DNA of 32,000 bases from Halogeometricum borinquense DSM 11551 (GTDB lineage: Archaea; Halobacteriota; Halobacteria; Halobacteriales; Haloferacaceae): assembly GCF_000172995.2 (NCBI RefSeq), contig NC_014731.1, forward strand, positions 90,001 through 122,000. Direction: 5' to 3'. Below are positions 1 through 7,846 of the stretch, piece by piece. Both the position numbers and the translations under genes were made by a program. Within the stretch, counting starts at the first letter, position 1. Each line of letters opens with the position of its first letter. The notes under the pieces were generated by a model. The model was not told the DNA's origin. It was given only the letters and a program-made list of their open reading frames with translations, and ran no database searches.

Positions 1-422
1 TCGCAGGCGTCATCCCGCTTGGTATCGCCCTCCAGCAGACGGAAGCTGCGGCGCTGCTCGGCGATGCCGTTGCTGCGACGTCGCTGTTCCTGCCACCGAT
101 CGGCGTCCTGTGGGTCTTCTACCTCGCGACCGGCCTGTTGACGAGCGTCATCAGCAACAACGCGAGCGTCGTGTTGATGATTCCGGTGGCTGCCAACGCT
201 GCCCAGTCGATCGGAGCGAACGCGTTCGCGTTCGTTCTGGCGGTCACGTTCGCAGCCTCGACGGCGTTCATGACGCCCGTCGGCTACCAGACGAATCTTT
301 TCGTCTACGGGCCTGGTGGGTACACGTTTTCTGACTTCATTCGGGTCGGCGCCCCGCTACAGTTCCTCCTCTCGATCGTTACCGTCCTCGGGATTGCGTT
401 CTTCTGGGGCGTCCGCGCGTGA
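1..422 (+). CDS. SLC13/DASS-type permease, C-terminal fragment (5' end outside window)
   Basis: Frame 3 is open from the window edge to TGA at 420-422. Translation ...SVISNNASVVLMIPVAANAAQ...FMTPVGYQTNLFVYGPGGYTFSDFIRVGAPLQ... matches the conserved C-terminal hairpin/TM region of SLC13/CitT-like anion permeases. Confidence 0.8.
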   Translation, partial: AGVIPLGIALQQTEAAALLGDAVAATSLFLPPIGVLWVFYLATGLLTSVISNNASVVLMIPVAANAAQSIGANAFAFVLAVTFAASTAFMTPVGYQTNLFVYGPGGYTFSDFIRVGAPLQFLLSIVTVLGIAFFWGVRA

Positions 423-519
423 GACGAACATGGTCTGCCCGAGATAGTGCGCCAACGTCACTCCTTCCGACTGGAGACGTCGTACGAACGTTGATTGCTC
501 CAACCGTTCACATAGGACC

Positions 520-876
520 ATGGCCGAATTTCCCGACGAACGACAGCTCGTACTACGGGCACGCTCTCAGTTGGACCAGTGGACGAAAAGTGTCCGAATG
601 GAGGCGTACACTGAACTGTTCGAAGGTGACGATCCGATCCTCTCTCCCGAAGAGGTGCAACTGCTCGATGCGCTCGATTCCGAATTAGAGCGAGAAGGCG
701 GTGATGGTGTCTGGGGGACCGATCAGTACGGAATCCACACGACGGGAACCTCAAGTTCGGATACCTCACTCGGGGTGGTCTGCGTGTACCACCCACAGAT
801 CACGAAAGACTCCATCCTCCGTGGGGCCGACGATCCGGACGACGAAACTGAAGAGCGACTCAACGCAGCGCTCTAG
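520..876 (+). CDS. hypothetical acidic protein (118 aa)
   Basis: ATG at 520. Strongly acidic, halophile-like composition (EEVQLLDALDSELEREGGDG...). No family recognised. Confidence 0.55.
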   Translation: MAEFPDERQLVLRARSQLDQWTKSVRMEAYTELFEGDDPILSPEEVQLLDALDSELEREGGDGVWGTDQYGIHTTGTSSSDTSLGVVCVYHPQITKDSILRGADDPDDETEERLNAAL

Positions 877-1311
877 AAATACAGCGAGCGCGTCTTGACA
901 CTCATCGAAGCAAAACTCGGCGATTTCGTCCGTCAAACGCAGAGTTAGGCCTCGGTCCAGGTTCAGCCTCGTATTGACAGATAGTTGGTTTACACGATAG
1001 TGACCCTCTTTCCACGAGTTAGTAGAGTGAAGACGACTGGTCGAATGGCACTCGCGGCTTATTCGGTCAACTGGCTGTTTGCTTGCATATGCGTCGAACC
1101 AAGCGTTTTCAGATTGCTTGAGCACTCTGCTTGTACTCCCAGAATTCATCAGCTGAGATCGTCAGCCGCTTTTCGTTGTGGTCGTTCATCTCCATAGGCG
1201 AAAGCCACCGAGTACGTCCGACAGAGCCGCTACCCTCAACGATATGTACTCGAACTGTTCACACTGACAAGCGTCCACACAGTTATCCGAATCGGGCACC
1301 TACTTGTAAGG

Positions 1312-1644
1312 ATGCCAGACGACAAACGAAGCCAAGACGAGAACAAAGACAACGAGCAGCCACAACAACCAGATCGGAAGCAAGAGAAGGTACGTGACCG
1401 CGCCCACGAAGACAGAGCAATGAGCGGCGACCCCGGTGGGCGGCTTGGTGACCTCGATGAGGCACTCGAAATCCAGAACTACCCAACCACGACCGAGGAA
1501 CTGGTTGAGGCCTACGGAGACTACGAGATCGAAACACAAGGCGGAACAGAATCACTCGAAGAAGTGCTTGCCTCAACTAAGAACCAAACGTACGACTCCG
1601 CTGACGATGTTCGAAGTCGAATACTGGGACTAATACATCGCTAA
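1312..1644 (+). CDS. DUF2795/DUF5789-like small protein
   Basis: ATG at 1312, with an alternative ATG at 1420. Low-complexity charged N-terminus, then LDEALEIQNYPTTTEELVEAYGDYEIETQGGTESLEEVLASTKNQTYDSADDV, the pattern typical of DUF2795/DUF5789 proteins. Confidence 0.6.
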   Translation: MPDDKRSQDENKDNEQPQQPDRKQEKVRDRAHEDRAMSGDPGGRLGDLDEALEIQNYPTTTEELVEAYGDYEIETQGGTESLEEVLASTKNQTYDSADDVRSRILGLIHR

Positions 1645-1821
1645 CCGCTGTCGTTCGGGTATCCACTATTGCCCGTCAACTCTCTATGTACTCTGAACTA
1701 GCTCTCCGCCTGACGCTTCGGGTATCGCTCTAGGAGTTCCGCAACACCGTCGCACGCGACATACGAAATCGACATCTGACTTCCCACGACACCATCTTCC
1801 TCGTTCCGCTGGAGTCCTCCG

Positions 1822-3000
1822 TTACTGAGCCAATTCACGTGCTTCGCTCGCTCCGTGAGATTGTAGCATCCGCGGCGACCCACCGCTCTGAATGACGTTG
1901 AACGCCCGCATCATGTCTGTCCGAGAAATGATTCCAACGAGATCACCGGCATCGTTGACGACCGGTAGTCGACCAACGCCGTTCTGCTGCATCTGCTGGA
2001 AGGCGGTCATTGCGTCGGCGTCGGGGGAGGTCGTATGGGGTTCGGTTGACATCACATCCTCGACGCGATATGCATCCCGTTCGACTTCTTCGATAGCACC
2101 TGCATCGTCCAGCGTCACCATCCCAACGAGATCGCCGTTTCGCATTACTGGGTACCCGATATGGCGCTCAGTAAACATCCGCGCGAGGAGATCAGAGATT
2201 GTAGTCTCCTCGGAAACCGTCTCGAGGTTCTCTTCGGACGTCATCACGTCGCTTACGGTGATGTCTTCGAAAGCTGCCTTGATCGTGGTCTGTTGGGCCT
2301 CGCCAGACGCGGCGATATAGATGAAAAACGCCAGTACGATGAGAAACCAGTTGGTGAACAACCCGAGAAGGCCCAGGCCGAACGCGAACACTTTCCCGAC
2401 GGCAGCAGCCTGTTGGGTTGCCTTCGCGTGTGGCTGGGTCCGAGCGAGGAGTGCTCGGAGAATACGTCCGCCATCCATCGGAAAGCCGGGGAGCAGATTG
2501 AACGCAGCGAGCACGATATTCAGGATTGCAAGATAGCCGAAGACGAATCGGACTGCGTCGACACTCGGCGGGAGACTGATAAATGCCACGTAGGAGCCCA
2601 CGCCAAGGAGGACGCTCACGACGGGGCCAGCGATAGCGATCACCAACTCGTGACGCCAGTTTTCGGGGAACTCGGTGAAGCTAGCCACGCCGCCGAGTAA
2701 CCAGAGTGTAATCGAATCGATCTCGTAGCCGTATCGCAACGCGACCAACGAGTGTCCGAACTCGTGTAATAGGACGCCGGTAAACAGTCCCAGCGCCGAA
2801 GCCAGTCCGAGTACCCACTGGAGGTTCCCGCCCGTTAACTGGTCCGGGTCCATCGTAGCGCCGAACAACTGGTTTATCACCACTACCAACTCAGCGATAT
2901 CCCAGGCGATGAATACGGCGAAGAGCGGAAGGACGATCAGGAAAGTCCAGTTAAGCCTGACGGGAATACCAAACGCCGAACCGACTCGGAATCCTCTCAT
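1822..3000 (-). CDS. M50 site-2 protease with C-terminal tandem CBS domains
   Basis: HEFGHSL (HExxH) in a multi-TM N-terminal region. The C-terminal half has two CBS-like repeats (VSDVMTSE..., VEDVMSTE...). I prefer ATG at 3000 (MRGFRVGSAFGIPVRLNW...) over the ORF-track start at 3096. Confidence 0.9.
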   Translation of the reverse strand: MRGFRVGSAFGIPVRLNWTFLIVLPLFAVFIAWDIAELVVVINQLFGATMDPDQLTGGNLQWVLGLASALGLFTGVLLHEFGHSLVALRYGYEIDSITLWLLGGVASFTEFPENWRHELVIAIAGPVVSVLLGVGSYVAFISLPPSVDAVRFVFGYLAILNIVLAAFNLLPGFPMDGGRILRALLARTQPHAKATQQAAAVGKVFAFGLGLLGLFTNWFLIVLAFFIYIAASGEAQQTTIKAAFEDITVSDVMTSEENLETVSEETTISDLLARMFTERHIGYPVMRNGDLVGMVTLDDAGAIEEVERDAYRVEDVMSTEPHTTSPDADAMTAFQQMQQNGVGRLPVVNDAGDLVGIISRTDMMRAFNVIQSGGSPRMLQSHGASEARELAQ

Positions 3001-3258
3001 GTATGAGTAATTACCCACGGAGCAGGTTAAAACGGCCGGGCAGTCGGAACAAACGGCAGCAGTAGGACGGTGAGCGACGCCACCAACCGCATCCATTCGT
3101 GACGAACAGACATACGGCGTCGGGACCGAGCCGCTGTGACGGAGTATCGAACATGTGGGAGTCTACCCGTCATGTTACAGGAACACGTCCGGGAGTTCGG
3201 CACCGGAGCTCTGGGAACCGTTACACGACTTTATTGTTCTGCCGGTGCAACGTCTCGT

Positions 3259-3732
3259 ATGGCACTCGACGTAGAATTTCCGGAACCACCGGACCTCTCG
3301 AACCGAGGGATGCCGCGTGAGTTCGAGTTGCAGGAGGAGACGCTCGGATCAGAGGACTTCTATCGCGAGGACCTCGAAGACCTGCTTCAGGAGGGTGCAT
3401 GGAAGGAGGGGTTCAACGAATGGGCCGAATACACGGACCTCGACGAAGGGCAGGTTCGGATCGTCAGCGACCTCGGCCTGTTCCAGGCGTTCGACTTCTA
3501 CTGGGATCCCACCGAAGACCGACTTCGGTTCGACACCCCGACGATACCGGACGACTGGCGCGAGCGGGACGCGACCGAGTCGCTCGATTCGAGCACGGTT
3601 TCGATGATCGACGACGCGTTACAGGATCTCGGCCGAGCCGTCTACGAGACGCTGGAGGACTACCTCGAACGGAACGACGAAGCCACCGATTCTGGCTGGG
3701 GGAAAGAGACGTACGGCAAACGAGACGAGTGA
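3259..3732 (+). CDS. hypothetical acidic cytoplasmic protein
   Basis: ATG at 3259 (MALDVEFPEPPDL...), inside the longer 3136 ORF. Highly acidic with high third-position GC. No family recognised. Confidence 0.6.
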   Translation: MALDVEFPEPPDLSNRGMPREFELQEETLGSEDFYREDLEDLLQEGAWKEGFNEWAEYTDLDEGQVRIVSDLGLFQAFDFYWDPTEDRLRFDTPTIPDDWRERDATESLDSSTVSMIDDALQDLGRAVYETLEDYLERNDEATDSGWGKETYGKRDE

Positions 3733-3751
3733 TCCACCACGCGAGTACTTG

Positions 3752-3973
3752 CTACCGCGAACAGTAGATCCCAACAGCGGAGTCCACGTACGACCAGATT
3801 CTCATATCGACGGACGGAAGTACCGAGACCGAACGGGCTTTGATATCCTCTACACGGCTGAATCCGTGGGCTTCCGCTTGTTCCATGTCAGTTTCGAGGT
3901 CGGCCTCGTACGGACCCACGACCAGACGGTTCACGCGCTGTACGTGACCGACGAGAAGGGTAGGAGAGTTCAC
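3752..3973 (-). CDS. hypothetical small protein (73 aa), start coupled to the mgtE-remnant stop
   Basis: GTG at 3973-3971 overlaps the TGA (3972-3970) of the mgtE-like frame as GTGA. Translation MNSPTLLVGHVQRVNRLVVGPYEADLETDMEQAEAHGFSRVEDIKARSV... is acidic. It is the 3' part of the 232-aa track ORF. Confidence 0.3.
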   Translation of the reverse strand: MNSPTLLVGHVQRVNRLVVGPYEADLETDMEQAEAHGFSRVEDIKARSVSVLPSVDMRIWSYVDSAVGIYCSR

Positions 3974-4203
3974 AGGAGGACGATTTGCGCCAGTTCGAGG
4001 AAAATGAAGAATCCGAGGACGGCGGTCGCGGTCGTGATGAAGATAGTCGCCGATGTTGCCGGATCGTACCCGAGCCGATCCAGAATGAGCGGAACGAGCG
4101 CGCCGAAGAATCCGGCGATGACGAGATTCAAAACCATCGCGCTGCCGATGACCAGTCCGGAGGCTTGAACAAATACTGAGTGATACGTCGCGCATAGCCT
4201 TTC
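3970..4203 (-). pseudogene. mgtE: magnesium transporter MgtE, C-terminal remnant only (last about 68 aa)
   Basis: A minus-strand frame absent from the ORF track (no start codon) reads ...VFVQASGLVIGSAMVLNLVIAGFFGALVPLILDRLGYDPATSATIFITTATAVLGFFIFLELAQIVLL*. This matches the last TM helices and the G-x-x-x-P-L-x-L-x-R-L-G-x-DPA motif of MgtE. The frame is closed upstream by TAG at 4206-4204, and no N-domain or CBS part is present. Confidence 0.6.
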
Positions 4204-4556
4204 CTACCTCCGAGAACGCTCGTGTTCTGGGGCGAGGTCGAGAAATGCGTCGTTCTCCGCACCACACCGAGGGGCAGGTATGTACGAAGTGGAGACCGTT
4301 CTCGTCACGCTTTTTCTGTGTGCCACTCTGACCGGAGGCGGGCGACGTTTCCACACTCCTTGCAGCGTTTTGGATGATCCTGAAGATACGTCTACATGAA
4401 GTCGATGAACGACTGCATACCGTGGTAGTGTGTCGGCATACGTTGTTCATTCGGGGGGAGTCCTAGCAGCGTGTTCACCCCCTCTAGCATTCCCTCTGCG
4501 CACCCAGTCGTTACCTAGCAGCAGGGAAGCCATCGTGAGGTAGACTGAATCTGGAT

Positions 4557-5147
4557 TCACCCACCGAGCCACCAGCCGTAGAGCTGTTCCTGTTCGTCTG
4601 TATCCGGATGCTTCTTCGACTTGCCGTAGGTCTTTCCCTTGAGAAGCTGGCGTTCGACAGCGTTCGCTGCGAGACGAAGAGCATGGGAGGCCCCGTAACC
4701 CTCCCCATCGGCCGTGAAGTAGCCACGGTCGGTGACCAGTCGAATCCGTGCCAGCACCAGCGGCACACCCCGGCTCTGTTCCTTGTGCTCCTGCAGTTGG
4801 ATGCTGGCCTTGATCACGCTCATCTCACCGTACTTCGAGGCCATGTTCTCAATCAGCGCGGAGACATCATCGTAGTCCATTCCTTCCAGTAGGTCGAGCC
4901 CGAACACCTGCACGGCGTTCCGGTCATCGCGCTCCCAGGTGAGCGCCTCGATGACATCTGTTTTCGTGACGATCCCGTTCGGTTCGTCGGTGTCGTCAGC
5001 CGTGACGACGAGCGAGGAGATCTCTCGCTCAAACATCGTCTCGACGACCTCGTCAAGCGGTGCGCTCCGCTCGACCGTCGCGACTGCGTCGGACATCAGG
5101 TTCCGTACCGGGATGTTCAGTGCGTTCGCTCCCTCGTTTTTGTTCAT
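4557..5147 (-). CDS. CBS domain protein with C-terminal HPF/RaiA (S30AE)-like domain
   Basis: The CBS region is VRNLMSDAVATVERSAPLDEVVETMFEREISSLVV...GIVTKTDVIEAL. The C-terminus VQVFGLDL...SVIKASIQLQEHK...LARIRLVTDRGYFTADGEGYGASHALRLAANAVERQLLKGK follows the beta-alpha-beta3-alpha pattern of RaiA/HPF. ATG 5147 is preferred. The GTG at 5408 adds 87 aa with visibly lower third-position GC by my hand count. Confidence 0.65.
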   Translation of the reverse strand: MNKNEGANALNIPVRNLMSDAVATVERSAPLDEVVETMFEREISSLVVTADDTDEPNGIVTKTDVIEALTWERDDRNAVQVFGLDLLEGMDYDDVSALIENMASKYGEMSVIKASIQLQEHKEQSRGVPLVLARIRLVTDRGYFTADGEGYGASHALRLAANAVERQLLKGKTYGKSKKHPDTDEQEQLYGWWLGG

Positions 5148-5456
5148 CGTCAGCGCGACAGTATCGCTTGCATTCGACGCACTTGGCGTCGTTGAGAGGA
5201 CGCCAATAGCGGGATCTAACCCTCCGTTCGATCCAGTTCGGGTCTTCCTCACCGGGGCGACGCCGTCCTGTTCACGCGCGACGTAGATTCGGCGTCCCGC
5301 ATTGTCGGCGGCGGACTCCTCAGGAGCGCCGTCTTCTTCCTGCTCTGAGATCGTTCCGCGACAGACCGAAACCACCTTCAAACCGCGAACAATCAGATCG
5401 GTTGTCACGAGTCGGGAGTTCGAGGAAATCGGCTCTCGACGCGACCGCCCTCCACA

Positions 5457-6857
5457 ATGAAGCAGCCACGAATCACACCGCCTCGGGCTATCGGTCTCGT
5501 TACCGTCATCGTCTCGAATCTGCTCCCCATTGTCGGAGTCGCCGCGTGGGACTGGAACCTCTCGTCACTGTTGGTGCTTTACTGGGTGGAGGGCATCGGA
5601 ACGGTGCTGTTCGCCGCGCTGAAAGCGCTGTTTGCCGAGCGGGCGTCCGAGGACAGTGGCAGGCACCACCTACCGCTTCAGGAACTCTGCGAGAAGCGCG
5701 GTGGCGTCTCCCCGTGGTCTGGAGGACCACCGATGTACGTGCGGAACGTACCCCACGCGCTCGGAATTTTGCTCATCACGGGGGGAATATCTGCGCTCAT
5801 CGGCGGGTATATCGCCCTTCGGCTGTCGATAGATGTCTCCGTCGTTCTCTCGACGAGTGTCGCCGTCGGCGTCCTCGGACTGTTGGTCGGCCGACTCACC
5901 GAGTTCCGATTCGACTATATCGACAACGAGGAGTACGCCGACATCTCTGCGCGGATGATCGCGGCGACGCCGGCCCGGCAACTAATACTACTGCTGTTTC
6001 TGCTCCCGGTGGCCGACGTGGGGCAAGAGGCTGGACCGCTACTACTGTTCCTCATCGTAACGGTGAAACTACTCGCAGAGACGTACAGTTTCTATCGGGA
6101 ACACTACCGGACCGAACCGGGACGATTCGGACAGTGGGTTTTCGGTCCCCGCGACACCTCTGAGCCACCACCAGAGATTTCCGTGCCTGACGAACCCGTA
6201 AGCGCCCGTCTCAGAACCGACACACAGTCGGTGCTTCTCAGCTCTGTCGCATCCATCGCGTTGGGGATGGCAAACCGAATCGGCTACCTCGCGTTGTTCC
6301 TCGTCGTGATGGGCATTCTCGTCTTCGGGTGGAAGTCCGTGGCCGTTGGCATCGTGATTCTCGGGAGTATCGCAGCAGTCAGAGCCGCCGGACACTATCT
6401 CCAGTACGGAACGATAGAGTACCAACGGCGCGGCGACTCCCTCGTCGCGTACGACACGCTCCTCGACGAACCGCAATGGAAGACAACGGTAGAGGCTCTA
6501 GACGGCATTTCGGTCGAAAATCCCATCTCGGACCGGCTACTCGGGACGGGAACACTCTCCCTTTCGGGCGTTGACTCCGCGAGCCGAACAGCGGTCAAAC
6601 TCGGACCGGTGTCCGACCTCGAAACCGCCGTTGAGATGTTCGCGTTGCCCGTCACCGAACCGAGTCGGCCCGAGGCGAATCACACAGTCCTAGCCATCGC
6701 GTTCGTGCTTGCAGCGTGTTTCGCCGCCGTCCCTACGACACTGTTCATGCTTCCAGATGTCGAAACAACCAACGCTATCGCTGTCACCATCATGCTAGGA
6801 CCGTTTTTCCTGCTTATTGTCGGTGTCTTGGTCGTGAGCGGACTGTCCCGTATCTGA
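5457..6857 (+). CDS. multi-TM membrane protein, DUF6498-like N-terminus plus bacterial-type PH (YdbS/YdbT-like) domain
   Basis: ATG at 5457. The N-terminus is NLLPIVGVAAWDWNLSSLLVLYWVEGIGTVLFAALKALFAE. The later segment GTIEYQRRGDSLVAYDTLLDEPQWKTTVEALDGISVENPISDRLLGTGTLSLSG lies between TM helices, as in bPH_2 proteins. Confidence 0.75.
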   Translation: MKQPRITPPRAIGLVTVIVSNLLPIVGVAAWDWNLSSLLVLYWVEGIGTVLFAALKALFAERASEDSGRHHLPLQELCEKRGGVSPWSGGPPMYVRNVPHALGILLITGGISALIGGYIALRLSIDVSVVLSTSVAVGVLGLLVGRLTEFRFDYIDNEEYADISARMIAATPARQLILLLFLLPVADVGQEAGPLLLFLIVTVKLLAETYSFYREHYRTEPGRFGQWVFGPRDTSEPPPEISVPDEPVSARLRTDTQSVLLSSVASIALGMANRIGYLALFLVVMGILVFGWKSVAVGIVILGSIAAVRAAGHYLQYGTIEYQRRGDSLVAYDTLLDEPQWKTTVEALDGISVENPISDRLLGTGTLSLSGVDSASRTAVKLGPVSDLETAVEMFALPVTEPSRPEANHTVLAIAFVLAACFAAVPTTLFMLPDVETTNAIAVTIMLGPFFLLIVGVLVVSGLSRI

Positions 6858-6939
6858 CTCGGCATTCATTTCCCATCATTTATTTGCCACTATCACGTGA
6901 AATTCGAACAACTTATCAATTAAACGGTAAACTTGTTGG

Positions 6940-7033
6940 TGCGGGAACTCCTCCCCCCACTCCCAGTTCCCGCAACGAAGCGGTGCCTTTCCGCACCGTC
7001 CCGAGTCGCCCGGACTCGGGCTGTTTTCCTCTC
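6940..7033 (+). terminator. three tandem stem-loops followed by a T-rich tract; candidate terminator or small structured RNA
   Basis: SL1 is TGCGGGAACT (6940-6949) / AGTTCCCGCA (6965-6974) with the 15-nt loop CCTCCCCCCACTCCC. SL2 is CGGTGC (6981-6986) / GCACCG (6993-6998). SL3 is CCCGAGTC (7000-7007) / GACTCGGG (7013-7020). CTGTTTTCCTCTC follows. Confidence 0.35.
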
Positions 7034-7152
7034 TAAAGTGAGCAAAATGGAGAGACGACCCGCCAATCAAGTCACTTTGCGGTAGCGCAGAACAACCTCC
7101 GAGAGCGGATATCTATCACCGAGTTATGCATAGTGGGAAACATTTATCAAGG

Positions 7153-7187
7153 TGTAAAGTAGACTTGACTGTATAGGTCGCTTTACA
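7153..7187. promoter_or_regulatory. inverted repeat TGTAAAG-N21-CTTTACA upstream of the DUF2178/XRE operon; candidate operator
   Basis: Perfect 7-bp arms at 7153-7159 and 7181-7187 bracket an AT-rich TGTATAGG element. The repeat ends 21 nt upstream of ATG 7208. Confidence 0.3.
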
Positions 7188-7207
7188 TCGCGGCCGAAAT
7201 CCGAACC

Positions 7208-7612
7208 ATGTCCACCACGAATGCGAAACCACCGGAAACGTCGTATCGCCGTCTGTACACCGGACTGTGGATACTGTCCGGAATCGCACTAGGCGTCTTC
7301 ATCGCCATCGGATACCCTCTCGTCGGCGTCGGATTGTTCGCCGCGTGCGCTGCCGGTTCCATCGTCGTCGTTCGTCGGTATGACGGTCCGCTGTTCGACG
7401 AACGCGACTGGACCGTGCAGGCCGCCGCGAGCAAGCGCACGCTCGGGATCATGGGTATAGTATCGGCCATCGGCTTCCCGACAGTGACCGCACTTTGGGC
7501 GCTCGATATCATCGAGTGGCCACTGTGGTTGACACCCATCGCGTTCTTCGTCGCGGCACTTTCGCTGCTCCACCTCGGCAGTACGATGTACGAGGCGAGG
7601 CAGTACGCATGA
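7208..7612 (+). CDS. DUF2178-like four-TM membrane protein
   Basis: ATG at 7208. Four hydrophobic helices and a small size. The stop overlaps the start of the downstream XRE regulator (ATGA at 7609-7612), the usual DUF2178/YozG-type pairing. Confidence 0.7.
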   Translation: MSTTNAKPPETSYRRLYTGLWILSGIALGVFIAIGYPLVGVGLFAACAAGSIVVVRRYDGPLFDERDWTVQAAASKRTLGIMGIVSAIGFPTVTALWALDIIEWPLWLTPIAFFVAALSLLHLGSTMYEARQYA

Positions 7613-7806
7613 AAAACAGCGTCCGCGAGCGCCGCAAAGCCCGCGAAATGACGCAGGGAGACCTCGCAGATGCAGTCGATGTCACCCGACAGAGCATCAA
7701 CGCCATCGAACGTGGCCGCTACAACCCGAGTCTCGAACTCGCGTTGAAACTCGCCGTAGAGTTCGATTGCGCCGTCGAAGATCTGTTTTGGCTTGAGTCC
7801 GACTGA
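7609..7806 (+). CDS. XRE-family (Cro/CI, YozG-like) HTH transcriptional regulator, 65 aa
   Basis: MKNSVRERRKAREMTQGDLADAVDVTRQSINAIERGRYNPSLELALKLA is a canonical HTH_3 motif. ATG at 7609 overlaps the upstream stop. Confidence 0.9.
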   Translation: MKNSVRERRKAREMTQGDLADAVDVTRQSINAIERGRYNPSLELALKLAVEFDCAVEDLFWLESD

Positions 7807-7846
7807 CTGCGGGGGATTAAACGCTCCGCTATCACACACGAATTAT

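Noticed and set aside
1698-1883. 61-aa minus-strand ORF overlapping the 3' end of the M50 protease gene
   Set aside because: It overlaps the protease gene in a different frame and has no motifs, though a very small protein cannot be excluded.
3752-4450. 232-aa minus-strand ORF treated as one gene
   Set aside because: It strings together out-of-frame sequence across the MgtE remnant and the zinc-ribbon fragments. Only its 3' 73 codons look like real coding sequence.
5148-5408. N-terminal 87-aa extension of the CBS-HPF gene from GTG 5408
   Set aside because: Third-position GC is lower by my hand count, the sequence is low-complexity, and only 48 bp would remain to the divergent gene start. 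ATG 5147 is preferred but unproven.
7183-7839. 218-aa minus-strand ORF
   Set aside because: It is antisense to the DUF2178 and XRE genes, which have clear TM and HTH signatures and an ATGA coupling.
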